A stretch of 62,213 bases of DNA, filler included, from Stramenopiles sp. TOSAG23-6 (taxonomy: Eukaryota): the NCBI GenBank assembly GCA_900128565.1. It is 28 parts of 28 records of this genome, joined end to end, with 100 filler letters (N's around TTAATTAATTAA, not from the genome) between each part and the next. Parts side by side here need not be neighbours in the genome. Positions count along the whole stretch, not along the records: positions 49,046 to 51,157 come from LT638291.1; positions 51,258 to 53,369 come from LT638292.1; positions 53,470 to 55,581 come from LT638293.1; positions 55,682 to 57,793 come from LT638294.1; positions 57,894 to 60,003 come from LT638295.1; 23 more parts are not named here. The stretch is one strand, 5' to 3'. The notes under the pieces were generated by a model. The model ran no database searches, had not been told where the DNA came from, and saw only the letters and a list, made by a program, of their open reading frames with translations. How positions within the stretch are numbered: the stretch's first letter is position 1; each line of letters opens with the position of its first letter. Shown here piece by piece: positions 49,103-60,103 of this stretch. A program made the position numbers and the translations under genes.

Positions 49103-50827
49103 GATGTTCGTAATGATCCAACAAAAAGTGTTATTTTTGGTGATGATAGTGNCGTAAATGGTCAAGCANTACTCGATATTGCTGAATTTCAACGTGACCG
49201 TCGAATTTGTTTTGAATGGAACAAAGGAGATATCTTAATTATTGATAATTTTAAGGTCATGCATTCTAGAAATCCATTCACTAGACCAAGGCGTATCTTA
49301 GCAGCTATTGGTGGTCCATCAAAGGACGGTTATGCAATTGGTTCAGGTATTCGACAAGCAGAAAGTCCTACTGAAGATATACCAATGCCAGACAAACATT
49401 CAAATAATTTTAAAAATTCAAAATATCATGGAAATAGCAAAGGTGTATTTCGTGCATCAAAAGGAAAGGATTCTCAAGGTCTCAAACGTGCACGTAATGT
49501 TCCCGTTAAGATATTATCTCGCACAGGAGATACAATGCCAATGCTTCAATTAGGAGTTTGGAAAATATCTAAAGAATGCACCGCTCAAATTATTTTCGAT
49601 GCAATTGTTATGTACGTTTTCATTTCAAATTCGATTTTGTTCTTTTATTTTATACCAAATTGTATACCTAACATTTTTTTATTTTGAAATATTTTTTCAC
49701 AATACATAGGCTATCGTGCATTTGATTGTGCATGTGATTATGGAAATGAATCCGAAGTTGGTGAAGGTATCAAGCGTGCACTTGATGCTGGGCTTGTTTG
49801 TCGCGAAGAGCTATGGATTACATCAAAATTATGGAATACATATCATAACCCTAGACATGTAAATTTTCAATCTCAATTTTGTATCTAAGATTTTTTTTAA
49901 AGTATATATATTTTTACTATGAAATTCCAATTTTGATTTTTTTTGTATCTTACTCTACTTTTAAATACTATTGTTTACTTTTGTATTTTGCCATTTCATC
50001 TAAGAAAACAATAAAAACTTTACTACATATTTTTTTCAATTTAATTTTTTTTGGTTTGAAATTTTGTACCTAAACAACAACAACAAAACAAACATATTTT
50101 TTTCACAATACATGTCAAACTTGCATGTCAAAAAAGTTTAAAAGATCTTCAATTAGATTATTTAGATTTATATCTGATTCATTTTCCAATATCGCTTAAA
50201 TTTGTACCATTTAACAAGAGGTATCCTCCTGAGTGGATTTATGATCCAAATTCTCCAAATCCTCGAATGGAATTTGCAAATGAACCGATGTATAAAACAT
50301 GGGCGGCTATGGAAACTTTAGTTGACTGCAATATGGTAAGAAATATCGGTATTTGCAATGTAGGTCAAGCATTACTCAGTGATATTTTATCATACTCGCG
50401 ATATAGCCCACAGGTGCTTCAAATTGAAGTTCATCCGTATAATACACAAGAAATGTTGTGTAGATATGCAACAGAAAATAATATTGCTGTTACTGGGTTC
50501 AGTCCACTAGGTGCNTCATCCTATGTAGAACTTAATATGGCAACTTCTTCACAATCTACACTATTAGAAGATGTTATTACGAATTTAGCAAGTAAATACA
50601 ATAAGACATGTGCTCAAATCATTTTGAGATGGGGAATTGAAATGGGACGTATAATTATTCCTAAAACATCAAAAAAGCATCGACTTGTCGAAAATATCGA
50701 ACTGTTCACCTTTAAACTTGAAAATAATGAATGTTCAGCAATATCAGGATTGAATAAGAATATGCGGTTTAATGATCCAGGAGTCTTTTGTCAATCTATG
50801 AAAGGTTTTTGTCCAATATATAACTAA
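49103..50827 (+). CDS. TauD/clavaminate-synthase-like dioxygenase fused to a xylose-reductase-type AKR; introns 49612-49707 and 49859-50113 (both GT...AT)
   Basis: DVRNDP...[26 protein letters not shown] (TauD C-terminus), in frame with [13 protein letters not shown]...[19 protein letters not shown]...[16 protein letters not shown]...RFNDP. Confidence 0.9.
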
Positions 50828-51040
50828 ACCACAAAAGCAACCACAAAAGCAACTACAAAAGCAAACATTTTTATAAAGGGGTAAAATAATCAATCTTGTC
50901 CCATTTATAATTGAAATAAATTTGTTTTATTTGATACTCAATTTCAAAACTAAGAAGAATTTTCCAAGATCTTTTTTTTGCCATTTAGGTAACTACTCTA
51001 TCGCCGGGTTATTTAACAAAACAACATTGTAAAATATGGT

Positions 51041-51156
51041 AGCTCAGCAAGCAGGCTTCCAAACGGGTCCCCCACGATCGTACTAGCTGCTCTCAACCGG
51101 GCTTAACTTCTCAGTTCGGATGGGATGAGGTGCTGGTCCGGTGATATGGCCGAGCT
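51041..51156 (-). rRNA. 5S rRNA
   Basis: Reverse complement AGCTCGGCCATATC...GCACCTCATCCCATCCGAACTGAGAAGTTAAGC...GCTAGTAC...GTGGGGGACC...GGAAG...GCTGAGCT; complementary ends, downstream T-run. Confidence 0.88.
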
Positions 51157-51257
51157 GNNNNNNNNNNNNNNNNNNNNNNNNNNNNNNNNNNNNNNNNNNN
51201 NTTAATTAATTAANNNNNNNNNNNNNNNNNNNNNNNNNNNNNNNNNNNNNNNNNNNN

Positions 51258-53369
51258 ATTTTGTACCTAACAAATTTAAGTTTTTTTTTTTTGAAATATT
51301 TTTCCAAAACACTTGATGTTCGTAATGATCCAACAAAAAGTGTTATTTTTGGTGATGATAGTGGCGTAAATGGTCAAGCAATACTCGATATTGCTGAATT
51401 TCAACGTGACCGTCGAATTTGTTTTGAATGGAACAAAGGAGATATCTTAATTATTGATAATTTTAAGGTCATGCATTCTAGAAATCCATTCACTAGACCA
51501 AGGCGTATCTTAGCAGCTATTGGTGGTCCATCAAAGGACGGTTATGCAATTGGTTCAGGTATTCGACAAGCAGAAAGTCCTACTGAAGATATACCAATGC
51601 CAGACAAACATTCAAATAATTTTAAAAATTCAAAATATCATGGAAATAGCAAAGGTGTATTTCGTGCATCAAAAGGAAAGGATTCTCAAGGTCTCAAACG
51701 TGCACGTAATGTTCCCGTTAAGATATTATCTCGCACAGGAGATACAATGCCAATGCTTCAATTAGGAGTTTGGAAAATATCTAAAGAATGCACCGCTCAA
51801 ATTATTTTCGATGCAATTGTTATGTACGTTTTCATTTCAAATTCGATTTTGTTCTTTTATTTTATACCAAATTGTATACCTAACATTTTTTTATTTTGAA
51901 ATATTTTTTCACAATACATAGGCTATCGTGCATTTGATTGTGCATGTGATTATGGAAATGAATCCGAAGTTGGTGAAGGTATCAAGCGTGCACTTGATGC
52001 TGGGCTTGTTTGTCGCGAAGAGCTATGGATTACATCAAAATTATGGAATACATATCATAACCCTAGACATGTAAATTTTCAATCTCAATTTTGTATCTAA
52101 GATTTTTTTTAAAGTATATATATTTTTACTATGAAATTCCAATTTTGATTTTTTTTGTATCTTACTCTACTTTTAAATACTATTGTTTACTTTTGTATTT
52201 TGCCATTTCATCTAAGAAAACAATAAAAACTTTACTACATATTTTTTTCAATTTAATTTTTTTTGGTTTGAAATTTTGTACCTAAACAACAACAACAAAA
52301 CAAACATATTTTTTTCACAATACATGTCAAACTTGCATGTCAAAAAAGTTTAAAAGATCTTCAATTAGATTATTTAGATTTATATCTGATTCATTTTCCA
52401 ATATCGCTTAAATTTGTACCATTTAACAAGAGGTATCCTCCTGAGTGGATTTATGATCCAAATTCTCCAAATCCTCGAATGGAATTTGCAAATGAACCGA
52501 TGTATAAAACATGGGCGGCTATGGAAACTTTAGTTGACTGCAATATGGTAAGAAATATCGGTATTTGCAATGTAGGTCAAGCATTACTCAGTGATATTTT
52601 ATCATACTCGCGATATAGCCCACAGGTGCTTCAAATTGAAGTTCATCCGTATAATACACAAGAAATGTTGTGTAGATATGCAACAGAAAATAATATTGCT
52701 GTTACTGGGTTCAGTCCACTAGGTGCATCATCCTATGTAGAACTTAATATGGCAACTTCTTCACAATCTACACTATTAGAAGATGTTATTACGAATTTAG
52801 CAAGTAAATACAATAAGACATGTGCTCAAATCATTTTGAGATGGGGAATTGAAATGGGACGTATAATTATTCCTAAAACATCAAAAAAGCATCGACTTGT
52901 CGAAAATATCGAACTGTTCACCTTTAAACTTGAAAATAATGAATGTTCAGCAATATCAGGATTGAATAAGAATATGCGGTTTAATGATCCAGGAGTCTTT
53001 TGTCAATCTATGAAAGGTTTTTGTCCAATATATAACTAAACCACAAAAGCAACCACAAAAGCAACTACAAAAGCAAACATTTTTATAAAGGGGTAAAATA
53101 ATCAATCTTGTCCCATTTATAATTGAAATAAATTTGTTTTATTTGATACTCAATTTCAAAACTAAGAAGAATTTTCCAAGATCTTTTTTTTGCCATTTAG
53201 GTAACTACTCTATCGCCGGGTTATTTAACAAAACAACATTGTAAAATATGGTAGCTCAGCAAGCAGGCTTCCAAACGGGTCCCCCACGATCGTACTAGCT
53301 GCTCTCAACCGGGCTTAACTTCTCAGTTCGGATGGGATGAGGTGCTGGTCCGGTGATATGGCCGAGCTG
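51258..53369 (+). repeat. Redundant copy of scaffold 49046-51157 (TauD-AKR at 51315-53039)
   Basis: Same sequence at offset 2212, with Ns resolved. Confidence 0.95.
53253..53368 (-). rRNA. 5S rRNA (duplicate scaffold)
   Basis: Identical to 51041-51156. Confidence 0.88.
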
Positions 53370-53473
53370 NNNNNNNNNNNNNNNNNNNNNNNNNNNNNNN
53401 NNNNNNNNNNNNNTTAATTAATTAANNNNNNNNNNNNNNNNNNNNNNNNNNNNNNNNNNNNNNNNNNNNTTTT

Positions 53474-54349
53474 TTATTTTTTAGTAGCAATAATGAAAAT
53501 GAGATCATCTTCAAAACTAATCATCTTACTTTTATCATCTGAAATGTTATATTGCTGATGTATTTCTTCTATACCTCTATCCAATTCTTCCGTTTTAAAA
53601 GAACTAAATATTGAAAACACTCTATTTTTAATCATATTAGTCCAATCGGTTAAATGTATTCTGAAACAATATGTCAAAATTCAAAATTTGTTAGGTACGG
53701 AATTTCCTATGAAAACAAAAATAAATTTGAAATAATGATGAAAACGTACAAGTACTTGAAAGTGGAAAACTTCGTGTACAACTTCAATAGTAAACCCAGG
53801 AGCTGCTCTTGTTATTATTTCCACCAACGATTCCACAGATGGTTGTTCATCAGCCCATTTTTTCTTTGCAAGTTCAAAAAGAGGAAATTTAGGAAATTTT
53901 GGTCGAGTCACTGCGAGACAAATTCCATTTGAGTTCAAATGATGAAATATTTCGCAGTACATCTTTTCCAGAGTTTCTTTGCTGATATGGTGTACTACTT
54001 CTTGAAGCAAGAAACGATCATACATAGTTTTGTTTTCAGATAGAAACTGAAGTGCAGTTTTGTTAACTTTCACAACGTCATCAGCCTTTGCTTTTTCAAG
54101 CATTTTTGTACACGGCTCTACGCATACTACTTTACTCTTTAATTGTGCTTCTGCCTTTAATATGGAAGCCATCTGACAGATTCCACTTCCAATATCTACA
54201 AATTTACTCGTCGAAATTAATTTGATATGCTTCATGACCTTGCCACTCTTCCAATTTGTAAATTTACTACCCTCACGGTAAAACATTGATGCATCGTACA
54301 CTTTCGAGACTAAGCTGTAATGCTCCGAGTATTCCGTTGATGGCAGCAT
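53474..54349 (-). CDS. Class I SAM-dependent methyltransferase (intron 53654-53749, GT...AT)
   Basis: FVDIGSG, VCVEP, YDRFLLQEVVHH; CTT|GTACGT...AGAATACAT|TTA ACC GAT TGG. Confidence 0.85.
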
Positions 54350-54833
54350 ATAATATATCACCAATTTTTTTTTTAGGATTTAAATTGTGAAATCTTGAGA
54401 TTATTGTAAGTTCTCACCAATGTATCTCTCTTGAAAGTCTTCGCCTTTTTCGTTTTTCAAAATGTTTAGAGAGATTAATAGTGTTCTTGCAGAGTTCTTG
54501 CAAATTTTACTTTTTTGATTAAATTGATGTTCAAAAACTCGTGTGTGTCTCGGTCGTGTTTTTTTTTCAAACATCAAAAAAAAAAAAAAAAACAATGAGC
54601 TCCCCCTTTACCACAAACTCCAGTTGGTCTCCCTTCTCCTCCTTCTGCAAGACCTTGCGTTGATTCTGCGTGGTCTGAGGTACTTTCTGCCTATGAAAAG
54701 CTACAGACTGAACAAATCAAACAGGAAAAGGCTAAACATGCTAAAATGAATACAAAACGCAAGATTCCTCGTCATTCTAATATTTCATCAAAGGGTAAAA
54801 CTCGAAGTATTTCACGACGTCGGTATTCAGTAG

Positions 54834-55540
54834 GTGATAGTAAAGCAATCGACGAAGAACCAAAGTGGCTTCAGAAGACGAGCTGAAAGTTGTATAGAAT
54901 CTCGTCGGGATATTAGTCCTGCTATGATATCGACACCTTTGCAAAATCCTGCTTCTCGTTTGAAATCCCCTCCTTTAAGTTTTCTTCAAACTACACCTCC
55001 GTCTCAACAGAACAAAGAAATCAAATTAAGTAATTTACAAAATTCCTCACAAAAATCTATGAATAACTACGCAAGTATCTCTCATACTCAAGAAGATCAA
55101 CCGCATCTTGCTAATATTAAGCCTTTAGTGGAGTCGACGTCTCAGTTCTCTATATCAAAAACACCAAACAGTGGTAATGTATTGAGTTACGCAATGACTC
55201 CACCGTCACCGATTCCAGGATGTTCAAACGATACTCCCACAAGAAGATTCTTAGTTGCAATTCCAGATGATGATACACTGAATAATTTGGAAGTACATCA
55301 AAATGAAAAAAAAAAATCTAAAGAAGAAATTGAAAAAAAAAAAATCTAAAGAAGAAATTCTACCTTTAACTTCAAGTCCTCCACCTATTTCCCCTCGTCC
55401 ATATAGTTGGCGATTCAACGTCGAAGATGTCGCAAAGGCATTACCAGGAGGAGAACAATCTAAACATAGAGTCGTCACATGCAGTTATGGTGCAGAAATT
55501 GCAGAGTCTCCTGATTTTCAAGAATTTTCAAAGCAAGTGT
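54834..55540 (+). CDS. Ser/Pro-rich hypothetical protein (frameshift at an A-run near 55310-55345)
   Basis: Consecutive ORFs 54834-55349 and 55303-55540, ending at a family donor. Confidence 0.4.
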
Positions 55541-55715
55541 ATGTATGTTTTATTTTTTTTTTTTCCGGTAAAAAAAAAATCNNNNNNNNNNNNNNNNNNN
55601 NNNNNNNNNNNNNNNNNNNNNNNNNTTAATTAATTAANNNNNNNNNNNNNNNNNNNNNNNNNNNNNNNNNNNNNNNNNNNNTTTTTTTTTTTTCAAATAT
55701 TTCTTCACAATACTT

Positions 55716-57087
55716 GTTGCATATGAAATGGAACCAATATCATATTCCACACAACATGTAATTGTACGTCATTCCAAATTAGACGAAAGTAAAAATAAGA
55801 TTAAATATTTTGGTCGTCCTATGTATGTTTTATTTTTTTTCAAATTCGAATTTGTTTTTTTTCGTACGAAATTTTGTACCTAACAGATTTTAGTTTTTTT
55901 TTTTGAAATATTTTTCCGAAATACATGATGCTAAAGANNNNNNNNNNNNNTCTTTATTTTTTGATGAAGTTTGGAATTGTATATCTAAATTAATGAAACC
56001 TGGCTCATATGCTAAAGAAAATAAAAATGATTCTGATTCGAGTTCAAATACTGATTATAATGATGATGATGAATATTGGTCATCACAATTATTGCTTTAT
56101 ATTGACAAAGACTCGGAATCAATTATAAATCCAAAAGTATCAAAAAATTCCGAAATTTCAAAATTTGGGAAACAATTAGTAAAGAAAAATGATATTTTAT
56201 TTTTGATTCCAGAACAAAAGAGAGAAAAAATGCCAATCATAAATCTTCGATGGACAAAAGAATGGATTTCAAGACGTGACATGACCAAAGTGAAAGCTAT
56301 GTACGTTTTCATTATGAATTTCATTTTTTTTTTTCGTACGAAATTTTGNNNNNNNNNNNNNNNNNNNNNNNNNNNNNNNNNNNNNNNNNNNNNNNNNNNN
56401 NNNNNNNNNNNNNNNNNNNNNNNNNNNNNNNNNNNNNNNNNNNNNNNNNNNNNNNNNNNNNNNNNNNNNNNNNNNNNNNNNNNNNNNNNNNNNNNNNNNN
56501 NNNNNNNNNNNNNNNNNNNNNNNNNNNNNNNNNNNNNNNNNNNNNNNNNNNNNNNNNNNNNNNNNNNNNNNNNNNNNNNNNNNNNNNNNNNNNNNNNNNN
56601 NNNNNNNNNNNNNNNNNNNNNNTCGTACGAAATTTCGTACCTAACAAATTTTTTAGAATTTTTTTGAAATATTTTTCAAAAATACATGTTAGGTAGAGGT
56701 ACAAAAATTAATGCAACAGTAAATTTTCCATTAGAAGATCTCGATATGAAACCTTTTATTATCAATGATAGTGTTGCAAATAATGAATGTATTTATGATC
56801 TGTTTGCAGTCTCAAATCATTTTGGTCGTTTAGGTTCAGGTCATTACACTGCATATGCTAGAAGAGTTGAAGATAGACCGACAATAAATAATGTAGATGA
56901 CACGAAATACGGGAAATCTGGAAATATAAAGGAATATACTACGAGATATTGTTTTCCATGGGTTAACTTTGATGATAGTTCAACTGAAGTAATTGATGAA
57001 AACGATGTTGTTACTGAAGCTGCTTATATTTTATTTTATGTAAAGAGAAAAATAACTCATAAAAATATTGTATTTGTGGATGAATAA
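55716..57087 (+). CDS. Ubiquitin-specific protease (C19), 3' exons (intron 55823-55926, GT...AT)
   Basis: KINATVNFPLEDLDM, YDLFAVSNHFGRLGSGHYTAY, WVNFDDS, AAYILFY; FGRP-M junction. Confidence 0.92.
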
Positions 57088-58000
57088 TAAAAATAAAAGG
57101 ATTAGAGAAAAACGTTGTATATGACTTTTCCAATTATTCATTTTAGAAAAACGTTGTATATGACTTTTCTGATCATTCATTTTGTTCGGTACATCGAAAC
57201 CTGAATTTCACACAGTATGGAGTATTACCATCACTAATATCCTTTGCTATCAAATTGTCAAGCTTTTTAATGTCAGGGGTATCTGAATTTTGTATTTGTG
57301 GTGATATTTCATCATTGGTATCTGAATTTTGTATTTGTGGTGATATTTCATCATTGAGACCGAGGGATTATTCTTCTCCTTTTAGTTCTTCATCATTAGG
57401 ACAATCCCGCCACTTGCTCCTTCGGATGTCTCCTTTAGTATTGGTTCATACCCTGCGTAAAGTCTAATAGCGTTGCAAACTTGGTCAGTTACATCTTCAA
57501 TTTCTGCCGCTTTTGAATCCATGCGATTTTAGAAAGATATTTCAAAACTTTGTTTTTGTTAGTTACAGAATTTTCTATTGAAAAAAAACAAAACTTATTA
57601 ACCTATATCGGTTGTGAAATCTCAAGATTGGAAGCAAAGTCGACCGGAGTAGACACAGCAATGCAACAAATAAAAAACGCTATTAGAATTTACGCAGGGA
57701 ATGAAACAGAGAAAACTGTTGTATCCAATCTCACCAGATTCAAAACAATGAAACCTGGAGCAGATAGGGTAATGTTGCCTGTGTTAATGTCTTNNNNNNN
57801 NNNNNNNNNNNNNNNNNNNNNNNNNNNNNNNNNNNNNTTAATTAATTAANNNNNNNNNNNNNNNNNNNNNNNNNNNNNNNNNNNNNNNNNNNNGTATAGG
57901 AGCAAAGAGAATAGATACGGATCCAAATACTTGTAAGGGGTTTGATTACGATAGAAAGCGCACAGTCAACACATTTAATAGTGTACTATAATATACTAAC

Positions 58001-59962
58001 ATGGAGAAGTCAATTTGTTTGTTTATATTTTACTTTTTGATATGCGATATTTGTTTTGCTGAGAATAGTGAAAACAATGAAGTACACTATCTTCCATTTA
58101 CTTTGAAGAGTGGTGTTTCAGAGCAAACGATACCTAAACATACTGGTTTTGAATACAAAACAAATCGTCGTCTAACGCATAAAGAGGCTATTTTTTCATC
58201 TAAACTTGAACTTCAGTTTGATTTTCAAGGAAGTTTGTTTACATTAGTCTTCAAAAACAAACCTCAGTGGGCTAAACTGTCAGATAATTTTTCTGAATCG
58301 CGAGACAAACATTCAAATGACGTAAATACTGATGACGGAAATACCAAGAATACATACTTTGAATCTGATGACGGTAAAGCTATGTTGATGGTATTGCACG
58401 ACCACTTATATGAAATAGTGAATAAAGATTCAAGAAAAAGAAATGAAAAAATGGATTCAACAACACATCAATACGATGTTCCAAATAGTCGAAAAGATGA
58501 AGACGACGCAATATTTGATGGTATCTTTTTTCATGAAGGAAAAATATATAACTTTCATACTTCATCAAAGGCGAATCATTTAGTTGTCAAACAAGAAGCG
58601 CAACTGATGTCATTCAATAAAAACAAACTACAAACTGAAAGATATGAAGAAAACGCCACAATACAAAAAGACCCTTCAAAGCCTTATCCTGAAGACCCTA
58701 ACCTCATGGAGGTACCGGTTGAGTTCCAAAGTGAGTCACAAAATAAAGGTAGATCATTGGCTTTTAAAGGCTTTGAAGATTGTTTATCCAACAAAGAGAC
58801 TATACAACTATATATGCAACTTACAGTTTCAAAAGAGCTCCAGGATCATTTAGGTGGTGAGAAAAATACGCGTTCATTTGTTGAAGTCGTGGTCGCTAAA
58901 ACAAATTTAGTATACCTAATCCAGTTTGAAGCTATTATTGTAGTTAAAAACTTGATTCTCCCTAGTTCTACGGCAGCATATGATACTGCTAAGACACCAG
59001 ATATTGATACAGCATTACGCATGTTTAACTATTCACAACATCAAAAATATAGGAACATGGCGTTGTATCATTTGATAGACGTTATGGACGAAGTTAAAGA
59101 ACGGTATTCAATAACGTTGGGGATAGCATTTACAGATAGTATGTGCCATGATGAAACTAATGCTGGGACTACACGTGTTTATCATAATTCACCAACTTGG
59201 ATTACCTTTGCCCATGAAGTCGGTCATAATTTAGGTGGGCAACATCTTTTCGCACCAAAAAGAGGAAGACCTATTGGCCCGGAGTCGAAAATTGGAGGAA
59301 TAATGGATTACGGAGATGAAAGTCATCTTAAAATCAATCACGTCTATAAGTTTCATGAAGGGAACAGAAAGTTTATATGTACACAAGTTAAAGATAGACC
59401 ATGCTCTGGTAAATACTCCACGTACAAATCCAGTTGTGGTGATAAAGTATTGCGTAATGGTGAAGACTGCGAGTGCATGGATGGTTCAAAAGAGTGCAAA
59501 TATTGCCACGACTGTCAATTAAAAAAAGACAAGCAGTGTACTCCGGATTCCATTATTGATCCAATGTGCTGCAATTCTAATGGTTTCTTCAAAGATGGGG
59601 AGCCATGCCACACTAACACGACTAACAAAAGTACAGTAGGCATGTGTGTACAAGGTTTATGTGAATTTTCGATGTGCAGCATGTCTTCTTCAGTTGGAGA
59701 ATATTGTGGTCTTGATCCAATTGACAAATGTAAGTTCAGATGTACAGATGGTATGAACAAATGTGTTCCTGTAACTGAATCACTCCTCAATCATGGAAAT
59801 CTTGATCATGTCCCTTGTGGTTTACGATTATGGTGCAATAACGGTGTATGTGGAGAAGATGACGATGCCAGTCTACTTGATGAAAACGATATTTGCGAAG
59901 GTCAACCTTCAACTATATTTCCGGATCACCCAGATGCTATTGTATATGAAAATTTTACATTT
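58001..59962 (+). CDS. ADAM/reprolysin (M12B) metalloprotease with a disintegrin-like Cys-rich region
   Basis: Signal peptide, HEVGHNLGGQH zinc motif, GIM Met-turn, CGDKVLRNGEDCEC. Confidence 0.92.
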
Positions 59963-60103
59963 GTACGGTTTCATTTTTCAAAATGTTGCAAACATTTCAA
60001 ATTNNNNNNNNNNNNNNNNNNNNNNNNNNNNNNNNNNNNNNNNNNNNTTAATTAATTAANNNNNNNNNNNNNNNNNNNNNNNNNNNNNNNNNNNNNNNNN
60101 NNN

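Noticed and set aside
49610-49705. U12-type AT-AC introns
   Set aside because: No RTATCCTT donor, and the shifted register creates stops or breaks motifs at 24039, 45413, 5837 and 1559.
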